A stretch of DNA of 64,000 nt from NCBI GenBank assembly GCA_031362355.1, contig JANLSJ010000026.1, forward strand, positions 7,240 through 71,239. The letters are read 5' to 3'. How positions within the stretch are numbered: the first letter of the stretch is position 1; each line of letters starts with the position of its first letter. The stretch comes from Sphingomonas sp. (GTDB lineage Bacteria; Pseudomonadota; Alphaproteobacteria; Sphingomonadales; Sphingomonadaceae). Shown piece by piece: positions 1 to 10,840 of this stretch. The notes under the pieces were generated by a model that saw nothing but the letters and a program-made list of their open reading frames with translations, was not told where the DNA came from and searched no databases. The position numbers and the translations under genes are program-made.

Positions 1-2
1 TC

Positions 3-503
3 GCGCACGAGCATTACGGCATTACGCCGGACATCATGGCGATTGCCAAGGGCATCGGCGGGGGCTTCCCCTTGGGAGCATGCTTGGCGACCGAGGACGC
101 TGCCAAAGGCATGGTCGTCGGCACGCATGGTTCGACTTATGGTGGTAACCCTCTCGCGATGGCCGCAGGGAACGCAGTCCTTGATGTGGTCGCGAATGAA
201 GAGTTTCTCGAGCAGGTCCGCAACACGCGCGACCGGCTTCGGGCGGCGCTCAACCAATTGATCCCGAACCATGACCATCTGTTTCTTGGCCTGCGTGGCA
301 TGGGGCTGATGTTGGGACTGCGTCTGAAGTCGGACAGCCGCGCTTTCGTGGCGCATTGCCGAGACAAGCATAACCTGTTGACGGTGGCGGCGGGTGACAA
401 TGTCGTGCGCATATTGCCGCCGCTGAACATCGAAGAGCACCATATCACCGAGTGCATCGAAAAGCTGTCGGCGGCAGCACGGAGTTATGAGGCAGCAGCG
501 TGA
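3..503 (+). CDS. argD: Acetylornithine aminotransferase, 3' part (gene begins before the window)
   Basis: Class III PLP aminotransferase motifs [15 protein letters not shown] and [11 protein letters not shown]; frame open to the window edge; overlaps argF start. Confidence 0.92.
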   Translation, partial: AHEHYGITPDIMAIAKGIGGGFPLGACLATEDAAKGMVVGTHGSTYGGNPLAMAAGNAVLDVVANEEFLEQVRNTRDRLRAALNQLIPNHDHLFLGLRGMGLMLGLRLKSDSRAFVAHCRDKHNLLTVAAGDNVVRILPPLNIEEHHITECIEKLSAAARSYEAAA

Positions 504-1438
504 CGCGGCATTTCCGCAATCTCTCGGATGCGGGTGGTGATGCCATCGCAGCGATGATCAATGACGCCATTGACCGCAAGGCTGCGCGCACAGGCTGGCC
601 AAAGGGCAAGGTTGATGCCGATGCGCCGCTCGCCGGATACACGCTGGCGATGATCTTCGAGAAGTCATCGACTCGCACCCGCGTGTCGTTCGATATGGCA
701 ATGCGCCAACTGGGCGGCACGACCATCGTCATGGATGCTGGTTCGATGCAGCTCGGTCGCGGCGAGACTGTGGCGGATACAGCGCGGGTTCTGTCGCGCT
801 ACGTCGATGCCATCATGATCCGAACGGATGATCCAGCCAAACTTGATGAATTTTGCGCATATGCCACGGTTCCTGTCATCAATGGCCTGACCGATGCGTC
901 GCATCCGTGCCAGGTGGTCGCCGATCTGCTGACGGCTATTGAGCGGGGGCACGCCCTGCCCGGGAGTAAGTGGGCGTGGCTCGGCGATGGGAATAATGTC
1001 CTGCATTCGATCATCGAGGCGGCGGGCCTGATGAAGTTTTCGGTGGCGGTTGGTTGTCCCGAAGGATTTGACCCTGACGATCAATGGATTGACGATGCAA
1101 ATCAACAGCTTAATGGAACCAATGCCCGTGTGACGATCGAGCGCGATCCTGCTCGCGCTGTTGTTGATGCCGACATTGTTGTTACCGACACATGGATTTC
1201 GATGGGGCAGGATCATGCCGAGGCGAAGATGGCGGCGATGCTGCCCTATCAGGTCGGTGGCGCGCTGATGATTGGTGCCAAATTGGGCGCAACTTTCCTC
1301 CACTGTCTCCCCGCCCATCGTGGCGAAGAGGTGACGGCTGATGTGATCGACGGCCCTCAATCTGCAATATGGGATGAGGCTGAGAACCGCCTTCATGCGC
1401 AAAAGTCGATCCTGCTGTGGGCGTTCGGCAAACTCTGA
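500..1438 (+). CDS. argF: Ornithine carbamoyltransferase
   Basis: STRT, HPCQ and HCLP motifs; follows argD. Confidence 0.96.
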   Translation: MTRHFRNLSDAGGDAIAAMINDAIDRKAARTGWPKGKVDADAPLAGYTLAMIFEKSSTRTRVSFDMAMRQLGGTTIVMDAGSMQLGRGETVADTARVLSRYVDAIMIRTDDPAKLDEFCAYATVPVINGLTDASHPCQVVADLLTAIERGHALPGSKWAWLGDGNNVLHSIIEAAGLMKFSVAVGCPEGFDPDDQWIDDANQQLNGTNARVTIERDPARAVVDADIVVTDTWISMGQDHAEAKMAAMLPYQVGGALMIGAKLGATFLHCLPAHRGEEVTADVIDGPQSAIWDEAENRLHAQKSILLWAFGKL

Positions 1439-2349
1439 TGAGCGACATCGACCGGAGTCTTGGCTTTACGATTCCGTCACGCCACGCGCGGGGCCGGATC
1501 GTGCGGTTGGGGCCGGTGCTTGATGCGATCATTGGAGCGCATGCCTATCCGCCAGTGATCGAGCGGCTGCTGGCCGAAGCGCTGGTCCTGACCGCTATGT
1601 TCGGTGCGCTGCTCAAGGATAGCAGCGGGCAGATGACTTTACAGGCGCAGACTGAGGGTGGGGTCATCGACCTGCTCGTCTGTGACTACCGTGCTGGCGA
1701 GTTGCGCGGTTATGTCAATTACGACGCCGAGCGGCTGGCTGAAATGCCCACGAACCCAACGCTGTTCGCGCTATTCGGTAAAGCCTATCTGGCGATCACG
1801 TTTGACCAGTCTGCCACCGCAGAACGGTATCAAGGCATTGTCCCGCTTGACGGCACGTCGCTCGCTGAAGCCGCTGAAAGCTATTTCGCGCAATCCGAAC
1901 AAATCCCGAGTCTGATCCGTATCAGTGTTGCGAACGGTCATATTTCGGGCGGTTTGCTGCTCCAGCATTTGCCCGCAGGCGAGGATGGCCGCGAACGGCT
2001 TCATACGCGGCTCGATCATCCCGAATGGGAGCATGTTGCGATTTTGGGCAGCACGATAAAGACGGACGAACTTACAGACGGTGCAATCCCGCTCGAAACG
2101 CTCGTCTGGCGACTTTTCAACGAGGAGGACGAAATCCGTGTTCTCGGCGGTGCGTCGCTCACCAAAGGGTGCCGTTGTGACGTCGCGCATATCCGCGATG
2201 TTTTGCTGCGCTTTCCCGAGGAAGAGCGGGTGACGATGGCTGATGCCAACGGAATTATCGGCGTCGATTGCGCCTTTTGCTCGCGCACTTTTCCCGTTTC
2301 GGCACAGGGCCTTGACGAAATGCCTGCCCGCTCCAACATTATGCCATAA
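1438..2349 (+). CDS. hslO: Hsp33 redox-regulated chaperone
   Basis: C-terminal CRC...CAFC zinc motif, YFAQSEQIP; ATG at 1438 overlaps argF stop (TGATG). Confidence 0.92.
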   Translation: MSDIDRSLGFTIPSRHARGRIVRLGPVLDAIIGAHAYPPVIERLLAEALVLTAMFGALLKDSSGQMTLQAQTEGGVIDLLVCDYRAGELRGYVNYDAERLAEMPTNPTLFALFGKAYLAITFDQSATAERYQGIVPLDGTSLAEAAESYFAQSEQIPSLIRISVANGHISGGLLLQHLPAGEDGRERLHTRLDHPEWEHVAILGSTIKTDELTDGAIPLETLVWRLFNEEDEIRVLGGASLTKGCRCDVAHIRDVLLRFPEEERVTMADANGIIGVDCAFCSRTFPVSAQGLDEMPARSNIMP

Positions 2350-2438
2350 TTAGGGTTTATTCAGTAGCAACGCTGCGAGTGGGTCGCTCCATCAGTATTG
2401 CCGGAACGTCGGCTTTTCATGAACAGAGATGCAAGCCA

Positions 2439-2870
2439 ATGACTCGTTTCACTTTGTTTCACGCCTTGGGGGCGTCAGTTTTGGCGGCGGGAAGCGCTGG
2501 TGCGGGATCGGCTGAGCCGCCGGTGCCGACGGCATTGGCGACGCTCCAGCCCGGCCAGTGGCAGTTGCGCTCGCTCGATGGCAGCGCGCCGGTCAAGACG
2601 CTGTGCCTCGGCGATCCGCGGATATTACTTCAGCTGCGCCACGGCAATCTGCCATGTAACAAGTTCGTGATCACCAACAACGCGACACAAGCGGTGGTCA
2701 ACTATTCCTGCGCGGGGGTGGGAAATGGCCGGACCTCCGTGCGCGTTGAAACGCCGCGCGTGATCCAGATCGAATCGCAGGGCATTGCCGACAAGGCACC
2801 CTTCGAGCTGGTTTATGAAGGACGACGCATCGGACAATGTCCGATCTCGGGGCCGACCGCGCAGCGATAA
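2439..2870 (+). CDS. Exported protein, DUF3617-like
   Basis: Signal peptide, LQPGQWQ motif, four spaced cysteines, C-terminal EGRRIGQC. Confidence 0.65.
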   Translation: MTRFTLFHALGASVLAAGSAGAGSAEPPVPTALATLQPGQWQLRSLDGSAPVKTLCLGDPRILLQLRHGNLPCNKFVITNNATQAVVNYSCAGVGNGRTSVRVETPRVIQIESQGIADKAPFELVYEGRRIGQCPISGPTAQR

Positions 2871-2911
2871 CGCCGTAGCATATTCGCGCCCGACAGGTTA
2901 GGGGCGCGCGC

Positions 2912-3604
2912 ATGTTGCTCGCTCCTGCCTCGCCAAATTCTGCTGCCGTCCTTTTGCTTTCCGGTGGTCTCGACTCGATGGTTGCCGGCGGGCTGGCGAA
3001 AGCAGCGGGCTACCGCCTGTTTGCACTGACGATTGATTATAACCAGCGCCACCGAATTGAATTGCAGGCGTCTGCGCGCGTCGCCGCGATGCTGGATGTG
3101 GAAAGGCATATTATCTTGCCGCTTGACCTGTCGCAATTCGGTGGCTCTGCATTGACCGACAATGCGATTGCTGTTCCCAAGACGGGTGTCGCCGCGGGCA
3201 TTCCCGCAACCTATGTCCCTGCGCGCAACACGATTTTTCTGTCCGTTGCGCTGGGTTGGGCAGAAGCGGTTGGCGCGCGTGATCTTGTCATCGGCATCAA
3301 TGCGCTTGATTATTCGGGCTATCCCGACTGTCGCCCCGCTTTCGTTCAAGCATTCGAAGCGATGGCGCGACAGGCGACCAAGGCCGGCGTCGAGGGTGAA
3401 GGCTTTCGGGTACACGCGCCGCTCATCGATATGACCAAGGGCGACATTGCCCGCGAGGCGAACTGGCTTGGTTTGGACGTCAGCCAAAGCTGGTCGTGCT
3501 ACGATCCTGCGCCGGGTGGCCGTCCCTGCGGGCTATGCGACTCCTGCGAACTGCGCGCCAAGGGTTTTGCCGATGCGGGCCTGACCGACACGCTGCTGTC
3601 ATGA
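2912..3604 (+). CDS. queC: 7-cyano-7-deazaguanine synthase
   Basis: SGGLDS PP-loop, TYVPARN, YPDCR, C..CGLCDSC zinc motif. Confidence 0.96.
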   Translation: MLLAPASPNSAAVLLLSGGLDSMVAGGLAKAAGYRLFALTIDYNQRHRIELQASARVAAMLDVERHIILPLDLSQFGGSALTDNAIAVPKTGVAAGIPATYVPARNTIFLSVALGWAEAVGARDLVIGINALDYSGYPDCRPAFVQAFEAMARQATKAGVEGEGFRVHAPLIDMTKGDIAREANWLGLDVSQSWSCYDPAPGGRPCGLCDSCELRAKGFADAGLTDTLLS

Positions 3605-4233
3605 GCTATGCTGTCAAAGAGATGTTCCTGACGCTGCAAGGGGAAGGCGCGCAAGCGGGGCGGCGCGCGGTGTTCGTGCGCTTCGCCGGATGCAATTTAT
3701 GGAGCGGGCGCGAGCAGGACCGGGCAACGGCGATCTGCCAGTTCTGCGACACTGATTTCGTCGGGACTGACGGCGATGGCGGTGGAAAGTTTAGCGATGC
3801 TGAGGCACTGGCATCAGAGATTTCCTCAAAATGGGGACAGGGGGCTGCGCTGCGCTATGTGGTCCTCACGGGTGGCGAGCCGATGCTGCAGATCGACGCT
3901 GAATTGATCGATGCGCTCCACGCCGAAGGGTTTGAAATTGGCGTCGAGAGCAATGGCACGATTGCCGCCGTGCCCGGGATCGACTGGTTGTGCATAAGCC
4001 CCAAAGCGGGAAGCACCGTTGTTCAAACATCAGGCAACGAGTTGAAGCTCGTCTGGCCGCAGTCGGGTAGCGACGCGCATACGATGGAAGCATGGGCGTT
4101 CGACCATTTCCTGATTCAGCCGATGGATTGCGCCAACGCTGAAGCCGCGCGCGAAGCGGCCATTGCTTTCGTCATGGATCACCCGCGCTGGCGGCTGACC
4201 ACGCAGACCCACAAAATGCTCGGCCTGCGCTAG
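3601..4233 (+). CDS. queE: 7-carboxy-7-deazaguanine synthase (radical SAM)
   Basis: TLQGEG, FVRFAGC-x14-CQFC, LTGGEP, C-terminal QTHK; ATG 3601 overlaps queC stop. Confidence 0.94.
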   Translation: MSYAVKEMFLTLQGEGAQAGRRAVFVRFAGCNLWSGREQDRATAICQFCDTDFVGTDGDGGGKFSDAEALASEISSKWGQGAALRYVVLTGGEPMLQIDAELIDALHAEGFEIGVESNGTIAAVPGIDWLCISPKAGSTVVQTSGNELKLVWPQSGSDAHTMEAWAFDHFLIQPMDCANAEAAREAAIAFVMDHPRWRLTTQTHKMLGLR

Positions 4234-4880
4234 GACTGAACCCCGCATTCGCGCTTGTATTTGCCCTTTTTATCCCAGCAACGATTCTCGAATGACGGCA
4301 TGCCGACATTCACGCGCGGGATGGGAAAGCGGAACTGTTGCTCGCCCGCAGGGAGAAGGCTGCTGCGGAGTTCGCGAAGGCGTTCGATCGCCAAGATCGT
4401 GAAGCTGCCACGCGGTGCAAAAATTGCCGTCTTCGCGATGTTCGAGCCCGTCTGGCAAAAGCCAAGCTGCCCGCGCACTGTCGAAAAGCCGAGATAAGTC
4501 TTCGTGCCATATTTATCGAGCGCACTTTGCGCGGCTTTGGGCGTCTTGTTCACACGCTTGAAATAGGCGGTGATCTTGTTGAAGCTCTCTTCGAGTTCGA
4601 CCTTATGATTGGTCAGCGTGGCGTTATAGGTATTCTCGGTCAGCAGCGTCCGGTCAAACTGGCATTGCAAGGCCATGAGATTTAATCCGGCACGCATTTG
4701 CCACGCAATACTTGCGCGCAATTCATCGGGCGTTGCGCCGGGCAAGGGCACGCCGATGCCGACTTCACCGGGCTGTATCGGGGTGCCTCGAAAATCGGGC
4801 GCTTGCCAGAATATCTGTGCTGTTGCCGGCTGAGCCACAAGCGAGAGGCATAGCCCGGTCAGAGCGAGGCGAAGAGTCAT
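4230..4880 (-). CDS. Hypothetical exported protein
   Basis: 216-aa ORF with signal peptide (AQPATA|Q) and typical codon usage. Confidence 0.7.
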   Translation of the reverse strand: MTLRLALTGLCLSLVAQPATAQIFWQAPDFRGTPIQPGEVGIGVPLPGATPDELRASIAWQMRAGLNLMALQCQFDRTLLTENTYNATLTNHKVELEESFNKITAYFKRVNKTPKAAQSALDKYGTKTYLGFSTVRGQLGFCQTGSNIAKTAIFAPRGSFTILAIERLRELRSSLLPAGEQQFRFPIPRVNVGMPSFENRCWDKKGKYKRECGVQS

Positions 4881-4992
4881 TGCCGGTAATCCTCAACATT
4901 CTTGTTGTTTAGGGCTTTGCCGCATAAGCAGTTTACAGTGCTGCGGAAACCCCTTGCGACGGGTCGAGTCACCTGAGCGGCAAGATGATGTG

Positions 4993-5024
4993 AAAAAGGG
5001 CCGCCCGGTTTCCCGAACGGCCCC
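4993..5024 (-). terminator. Intrinsic terminator downstream of the small lipoprotein gene
   Basis: Minus strand GGGGCCG-ttcgggaaaccggg-CGGCCC followed by TTTTT. Confidence 0.75.
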
Positions 5025-5053
5025 CATATTCATAACAATCGCAAGCAGCGAAA

Positions 5054-5329
5054 TTACATCGCGTTTGTTGCGTTGCCAGCTGTTTCGGTCACGTTTGTGG
5101 CCGTCATGTTGGTGTCGACACTGTTCGTGACCGTCATGTTGTCGGTCGCGCCCATCGCGCCATCGGTGTTGGTCATCATGTCGTTGGTCGTGCCTTCCAT
5201 GGCTTCGCCAGCGTTCATTTCGGTAACCATTGCGTTCGCGTCGGTTGCGTTGGTGGATTCGGTCTTGCCGCAGGCGGCGACGGTCAGTGTGGCCGCAGCG
5301 ACCATCGAAAGAGTTACGATCTTGCGCAT
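5054..5329 (-). CDS. Small low-complexity lipoprotein rich in Asn/Thr/Met/Ala
   Basis: Lipobox VAAC after hydrophobic signal, GGAG SD upstream, terminator downstream. Confidence 0.8.
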   Translation of the reverse strand: MRKIVTLSMVAAATLTVAACGKTESTNATDANAMVTEMNAGEAMEGTTNDMMTNTDGAMGATDNMTVTNSVDTNMTATNVTETAGNATNAM

Positions 5330-5431
5330 GTAATAAGCTCCCTAAGAATGGATAGATCTGGTCGGTCGTAAAGCCGTTAATGCCCAAATCGTAGCGGGCA
5401 ATAGCTTTTCTTCTGCCCCTGCTCAAGAGGA

Positions 5432-6094
5432 TTATGACCGATTTAGTTCCGTCAAAAATGCGGCGAATTCAGCCAGCAATGCGGCATCGACCATCGTCAT
5501 GCTGACATTTATTCCCAGTTTCGAGAGGCTTGTCACGCCATATTCGGAGATTCCGCAGGGCACGATTCCGCCGAAATGCGACAAATCAGGGGCAATATTT
5601 ATGGACAGGCCGTGCAGTGAAACCCAGCGACGGACGCGGATACCGATAGCACCGATTTTCGCTTGGCCGATTTCGGGGTCGTCGGTCCATATCCCGATCC
5701 GGCCAACTTCGCGTCGTGCTTCGACCCCTAGCCTCGCCAGCGCTGCGATCATCCAGCCTTCGATCGCGTTAACAAAACAGCGCACGTCGCGCCCGCGCTT
5801 GTTCAGATCGAGCACGAGATAGGCAATACGCTGGCCGGGGCCGTGATAAGTGTAGCGCCCGCCGCGTCCGGCTTTGAACACGGGAAAGCAGGGATTTCGC
5901 AACTCCGCAGGGTCTGCACTCGTGCCCGCTGTGTAAAGTGGCGGATGTTCGAGCAGCCAAACACATTCTTTTTCGTCACCGGTCGCAACCGCCGTTGCCC
6001 GTGCGTCCATCCAAGCGAGCGCGTCAAGATAGTCGACCGGTTCGTGGCTGACGATCCAGTCGATTTCAGGAGGTGGCACGATTATGGTCGACAT
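5432..6094 (-). CDS. lipB: Lipoyl(octanoyl) transferase
   Basis: [35 protein letters not shown]. Confidence 0.96.
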   Translation of the reverse strand: MSTIIVPPPEIDWIVSHEPVDYLDALAWMDARATAVATGDEKECVWLLEHPPLYTAGTSADPAELRNPCFPVFKAGRGGRYTYHGPGQRIAYLVLDLNKRGRDVRCFVNAIEGWMIAALARLGVEARREVGRIGIWTDDPEIGQAKIGAIGIRVRRWVSLHGLSINIAPDLSHFGGIVPCGISEYGVTSLSKLGINVSMTMVDAALLAEFAAFLTELNRS

Positions 6095-6141
6095 AGCGCG
6101 CTCCTTGCCACCGGCGGCGCGGCGCGGCTAGGGGAAGCGGC

Positions 6142-6930
6142 ATGATCTCTATGAACCAAATCTGGGATGACAGCATGGCTTTCATCCGCCGTGAATCGGC
6201 GCTGCTTGTGCCGCTGGCGTTTGCGACCATTTATGTTGCCGATGTTGTTGCGGCGCTAACGCAGGCGGCGGCGACAAGACCTGCTGAGTCCCATGCGTTT
6301 GCGCCTTTTGCGATCATTGCAGCCGCATTATGGTCCATCGTCGGCCAGCTTTCGATTGTGTCGCTGGTTCTGAAACCGGGACAAAGTGTGGGTGAAGCGC
6401 TGTCGCATGGGCTTTCGCGGCTCGGCAAAGTTATCGTCATTGCCCTGTTGCTTGGGCTTGTGGTTTCGGTTGCACTGTTGCCCGTCGCAGTTGCCGCAGT
6501 GGCCAGTGGCGCCGATCCGGCAAAACCGGAATCGCTCCAGAATTTGCCGGGGTGGGTTTCGCTGATGATGCTTGTTGTCATCGGCGGCCTGATCTGGCTC
6601 GGCGTCCGGCTCGCGTTGATGAACGCGCTGATTGTCGACCGAAATCCGGGGGTTATTGAAACGCTTAAAGGTGGATTTGCGCTGACAAGGGGTATCACGG
6701 CGCGGCTATTTCTTGTTGTGTTGCTTTATGGCGTGGTGCTGCTGGTCATGAGCGCAGCGGTGAAATACGTCGCGGGCACGATGTTCGAGCTGCTTGCGAG
6801 GCTGCTGGAGTCGCCGCTCGTTGGCACGGTACTGACGGCGCTCGTCACCGGCCTCGTCAGCACCGCAATGTCGCTGATCGCGACAGTATTCCTCGCAACG
6901 CTCTATCGGCGCGCAAGCAGCGGCACCTGA
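6142..6930 (+). CDS. Hypothetical integral membrane protein (about 6 TM helices)
   Basis: Multiple hydrophobic segments; divergent from lipB. Confidence 0.75.
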   Translation: MISMNQIWDDSMAFIRRESALLVPLAFATIYVADVVAALTQAAATRPAESHAFAPFAIIAAALWSIVGQLSIVSLVLKPGQSVGEALSHGLSRLGKVIVIALLLGLVVSVALLPVAVAAVASGADPAKPESLQNLPGWVSLMMLVVIGGLIWLGVRLALMNALIVDRNPGVIETLKGGFALTRGITARLFLVVLLYGVVLLVMSAAVKYVAGTMFELLARLLESPLVGTVLTALVTGLVSTAMSLIATVFLATLYRRASSGT

Positions 6931-7493
6931 GGCGCCGCGACGCGGGGCAGGGCGCCCGTCACGCGCGGATCGGCAAAGGTTTCAACTTGGCGCTGATACG
7001 CGATGAAACCGTGCCGCTGGTAAAAACCAAGCGCTGACGGCGAGTCCAGCGTGCATGTGTGCACCCAGACGCGCGACACATCTTTTCGCCATGCCCGCGT
7101 CAGCGTTTCAGCTATAAGCCAACCGCCAACGCCCCTGCCCGCCAATTCAGGGACTAAACCGAAGAAAGAAATTTCGCACTCTCCGACTTCGCGGAAGTCG
7201 AGTTCGAGCATGCCGACTTCGATGCCGTGCGTATCCACGACGGCATAAACGTCGACGGCGTCATCGCCGATAATCGCAAGCAACGCTGTGTCGTCGAGAA
7301 TGGCACGTGAAAACCACAGCCATGGCGTGCCGACGCGCGCGAACAATACGCGATATTTCGCTGCGTCGGCGGTTTTCCAATGAACCAATTTGAACGGCAT
7401 CGACGGCATTGGCTTGGGTAAAGGCCGGGCTGTCATCTCGAGCGACGTGACAACCGCCGCGACATGATCGTCGGGGACTGCTGTCAGTCCCAT
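6903..7493 (-). CDS. GNAT family N-acetyltransferase
   Basis: Acetyl-CoA motif LAGRGVGG and WVHTCTLDSPSALGFYQRHGF. Confidence 0.88.
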   Translation of the reverse strand: MGLTAVPDDHVAAVVTSLEMTARPLPKPMPSMPFKLVHWKTADAAKYRVLFARVGTPWLWFSRAILDDTALLAIIGDDAVDVYAVVDTHGIEVGMLELDFREVGECEISFFGLVPELAGRGVGGWLIAETLTRAWRKDVSRVWVHTCTLDSPSALGFYQRHGFIAYQRQVETFADPRVTGALPRVAAPQVPLLARR

Positions 7494-8326
7494 GACGCCA
7501 TCGGGGGCAGGCTCATCAGGATCGCGTCGATATTCCCGCCCGTCTTAAGCCCGAACAACGTGCCGCGATCATGCACAAGGTTGAATTCGGCATAGCGCCC
7601 GCGCCATGCGAGCATCACCGCACGGTCCGCATCGGTGAAAGGCGCATCCATCCGTCGACGGACGATGCGGGGATAAACTTCAAGGAAGGCCTCTCCCACA
7701 GCTTTGGTCAACGCGAGATCATTGTCGAAACCATTTTCCATATGGTCATAGAAAATCCCGCCGACGCCGCGATGGACTTTGCGGTGGGGGATGTAGAAAT
7801 AATCGTCGGCCCACGCCTTGAAACGGGGATAGTCGCCCGATGGCTGACCAGTGCACGCGCGTTCCATCGTTGTGTGGAAGTCTGCTGTGTCTTCTTCAAT
7901 CGGCAAGGGCGGGTTCAGGTCGGCCCCGCCGCCGAACCAGCGTTTGGTCGTGCACAAGAACCGCGTATTCATGTGTACCGCAGGCACTTGGGGATTGGCC
8001 ATATGCGCGACCAGACTGATGCCAGTCGCAAAGAAACTGGGATCATCGCCTGCGCCGTGCATCGATTTCGCGAACTCGGGCGCAAAGACACCGCCGACGG
8101 TCGACACGTTGACGCCGACTTTCTCGAAGACCTGGCCCTTCATCACGCCGCGGACGCCGCCGCCGCTGTTGCCGCTTTCGTCATCGTCGCGGTGCCATGT
8201 GATGTAGTCAAAGTCGGCATCGCTGCCCGCGTCGCGCTCGATGCTGACAAAGGCGGCGCAAATGCGGTCGCGCAGTGCTTCGAACCATGCGCGAGCGGTC
8301 GCTTGTTCGGTGTCCATGGCAATCAT
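7484..8326 (-). CDS. hemF: Oxygen-dependent coproporphyrinogen III oxidase
   Basis: VFEKVGVN, HMNTR, WFGGGADL, RGRYAEFNL..DRGTLFG; start moved to ATG overlapping trmL stop. Confidence 0.95.
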   Translation of the reverse strand: MIAMDTEQATARAWFEALRDRICAAFVSIERDAGSDADFDYITWHRDDDESGNSGGGVRGVMKGQVFEKVGVNVSTVGGVFAPEFAKSMHGAGDDPSFFATGISLVAHMANPQVPAVHMNTRFLCTTKRWFGGGADLNPPLPIEEDTADFHTTMERACTGQPSGDYPRFKAWADDYFYIPHRKVHRGVGGIFYDHMENGFDNDLALTKAVGEAFLEVYPRIVRRRMDAPFTDADRAVMLAWRGRYAEFNLVHDRGTLFGLKTGGNIDAILMSLPPMASWD

Positions 8327-8772
8327 TGCGGCAATCCCCCTGTCTGGCGCAGTGCTTCGGCGAGCGCGATACCGGCAGAAACCGAGAGGTTCAACGACCG
8401 CGCCGACGCCGCAATCGGAATTCGCACCCGCGCGGCGCACTGGATGGCCACATCGATGGGCACGCCAGCGCTTTCCTGTCCGAACATCAGAATATCGTCA
8501 GGCTGGAATGCCATGTCGTAAAGCGAACCGCTGCCTTTGGTGGTCATCAGAATTAACCGCCCCGTGATCTGATTTTGGAAGGCGGTCCAATCCGAATGGC
8601 GCACCATTTCAGCCTGATCGATATAATCCATGCCAGCACGTTTCATGCGCGCATCCGAAAAAACGAATCCTGTCGGCTCGATCACATCAACGCCGACACC
8701 CATACAGGCCGCCAGGCGCAGCACCGCGCCGACATTTCCGGCGATTTCGGGTTGATATAGGGCGATCCGCAT
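8323..8772 (-). CDS. trmL: tRNA (cytidine/uridine-34 2'-O)-methyltransferase
   Basis: PEIAGNVG, RAGMDY, FGQESAG, RSLNLS SPOUT motifs. Confidence 0.9.
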   Translation of the reverse strand: MRIALYQPEIAGNVGAVLRLAACMGVGVDVIEPTGFVFSDARMKRAGMDYIDQAEMVRHSDWTAFQNQITGRLILMTTKGSGSLYDMAFQPDDILMFGQESAGVPIDVAIQCAARVRIPIAASARSLNLSVSAGIALAEALRQTGGLPQ

Positions 8773-8921
8773 CGGTTGGCGCGATAATGGGGCAATGATG
8801 CTGTCACAAGTGTCAATTCCCGCTTGCAAGCCGCCCAAGAGAGAGTATTTGCAGCCGAAGTCCGCATCAACGGACTTAGCACCGCCACAGACGCGTGCTT
8901 CTTGATAAGGGTTGAGAACGA

Positions 8922-9509
8922 ATGGCCGAACAGGCGCTGGCAGGGGTGAACCCCGACGCCACTCATACCGACGAAGGCAGTGGCGTTCGTCGTCGCGACT
9001 TTCTCAATATTGCAGCAGTAAGCTTTGCGGGGGTTGGCGCGGGCGTCATCGCGATTCCGCTGGTCAACCAGATGAACCCATCCGCCGATGTGCTGGCGGA
9101 TGCGACACTTGAACTTGACCTGTCTTCAATTGCCGAGGGGCAGGCGATCAAGGCGGTGTTCCGGAAACAGCCGCTTTTTGTTCGTCATCTCACCGGGGTG
9201 GAAATCGCCGCCGCAAACAAAGTCGCAGTTTCGGGTCTTCGTGATCCGCAGACTCTTACCGACCGCACCAAAGTGGGAAAATCTCAGTGGTTGATCACCA
9301 AAGGCGTCTGCACGCACCTCGGTTGTGTGCCGCTGGGTGCCGCTGAAGGCGAAAACAAGGGCGAATTCGGTGGCTATTTTTGTCCGTGCCATGGTTCGCA
9401 TTATGACACCGCCGGGCGCGTCCGAAAAGGACCGGCACCGAAGAACCTCGAAGTGCCCGAATATGCGTTCCGGTCGGACACGACCGTTGAAGTGGGAGTC
9501 GCAGCATGA
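8922..9509 (+). CDS. petA: Ubiquinol-cytochrome c reductase Rieske Fe-S subunit
   Basis: Tat motif RRDFL, CTHLGC and CPCHGS. Confidence 0.97.
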   Translation: MAEQALAGVNPDATHTDEGSGVRRRDFLNIAAVSFAGVGAGVIAIPLVNQMNPSADVLADATLELDLSSIAEGQAIKAVFRKQPLFVRHLTGVEIAAANKVAVSGLRDPQTLTDRTKVGKSQWLITKGVCTHLGCVPLGAAEGENKGEFGGYFCPCHGSHYDTAGRVRKGPAPKNLEVPEYAFRSDTTVEVGVAA

Positions 9510-10828
9510 GCTTTCCTTGGGCAAAGGCCTATGAGCCAAAAGCGCCGCTGATGCGCTATCTCGACGAGAAGCTGCCATTGCCGCGCCTCGTCTATAATGC
9601 GGTTGGTGCGGGCTACCCGGTGCCACGTAATCTAAATTATTTCTGGAATTTTGGCGTTCTGGCCGGTGCCGCACTGATGATCCAGATCGTCACGGGCATT
9701 GTCCTCGCCATGCATTTCCGTGCCGACACCAGCGTGGCATTTGCGTCGGTCGAGCACATCATGCGCGACGTCAACGGTGGCTGGTTCCTGCGTTATGCGC
9801 ACGCGAACGGTGCATCGATGTTCTTCATCGTTGTGTATCTGCACATTTTCCGCGGCCTCTATTATGGCTCCTACAAGCCGCCGCGCGAAGTGATCTGGCT
9901 GCTCGGTCTTGTCATTTTTCTGCTGATGATGGCGACGGCATTCATGGGCTACGTCCTTCCATGGGGTCAGATGAGCTTCTGGGGCGCGCAAGTGATCACC
10001 GGCCTGTTCAGCGCAATTCCGCTCGTCGGCGAGTCGCTGCAAACGCTGATCCTCGGCGGGTTTGCGCCGGACAATGCCGCGCTCAACCGCTTCTTTTCGC
10101 TGCATTATCTGCTGCCGTTCGTGACGCTGGGCGTCATCATTCTGCATGTCTGGGCGCTGCACATCCCGGGATCGTCGAACCCCACAGGCGTCAGTGTCAA
10201 GGGGCCGCAGGATACTGTGCCGTTCCACCCTTACTACACTGCCAAGGATGGCTTTGGACTCGGCATCTTCCTGATCCTCTTCGCGTCGCTCTTGTTCTTT
10301 GCGCCAAACTTCCTTGGTCATGCGGATAATTATATCGAAGCCAACCCGATGTCGACGCCAGCGCACATTGTGCCCGAATGGTATTTCTGGCCATTCTATG
10401 CGATCCTACGCGCTTTTACCGTCGATTTTATTCTGCCGGCAAAGCTGCTCGGTGTGATCGCGATGTTCGGGTCGATCATCCTGCTGTTCTTCCTGCCGTG
10501 GCTGGACACATCGCCTGTGCGGTCGGGCAATTATCGTCCGCTGTTCAAGAAGTTCTTCTGGTTCGGGCTTATCCCTTGCATTGCCGTCCTTGGCTATTGC
10601 GGCGGCGCGCCTGCTGAAGAGCCCTATGTGATGCTCAGCCAACTCGCCACGGCCTATTATTTTGCGCATTTCCTGATCATCCTGCCGATCGTTTCGATGA
10701 TCGAAAAGCCGCTGCCGTTGCCCAATTCGATTACGGAAAGCGTCCTTGGCAAGGGTTATGTTGAGGAAAAATATACAGCACCGACCGGGTTGGGCCATGG
10801 CGGGCCTCAGCTGGCACCGGCTGAATAA
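9506..10828 (+). CDS. petB: Cytochrome b
   Basis: [24 protein letters not shown]. Confidence 0.98.
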   Translation: MSFPWAKAYEPKAPLMRYLDEKLPLPRLVYNAVGAGYPVPRNLNYFWNFGVLAGAALMIQIVTGIVLAMHFRADTSVAFASVEHIMRDVNGGWFLRYAHANGASMFFIVVYLHIFRGLYYGSYKPPREVIWLLGLVIFLLMMATAFMGYVLPWGQMSFWGAQVITGLFSAIPLVGESLQTLILGGFAPDNAALNRFFSLHYLLPFVTLGVIILHVWALHIPGSSNPTGVSVKGPQDTVPFHPYYTAKDGFGLGIFLILFASLLFFAPNFLGHADNYIEANPMSTPAHIVPEWYFWPFYAILRAFTVDFILPAKLLGVIAMFGSIILLFFLPWLDTSPVRSGNYRPLFKKFFWFGLIPCIAVLGYCGGAPAEEPYVMLSQLATAYYFAHFLIILPIVSMIEKPLPLPNSITESVLGKGYVEEKYTAPTGLGHGGPQLAPAE

Positions 10829-10840
10829 GGAAGCATACAG

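Noticed and set aside
2912-4233. queC/queE as part of a DNA 7-deazaguanine (Dpd) or QatC-type defence system
   Set aside because: Canonical sequences in a housekeeping context; no dpdA, tgt paralogue or qat genes nearby
7571-8521. 316-aa ORF antisense to hemF
   Set aside because: Shadow frame of a GC-rich gene with no recognisable motifs
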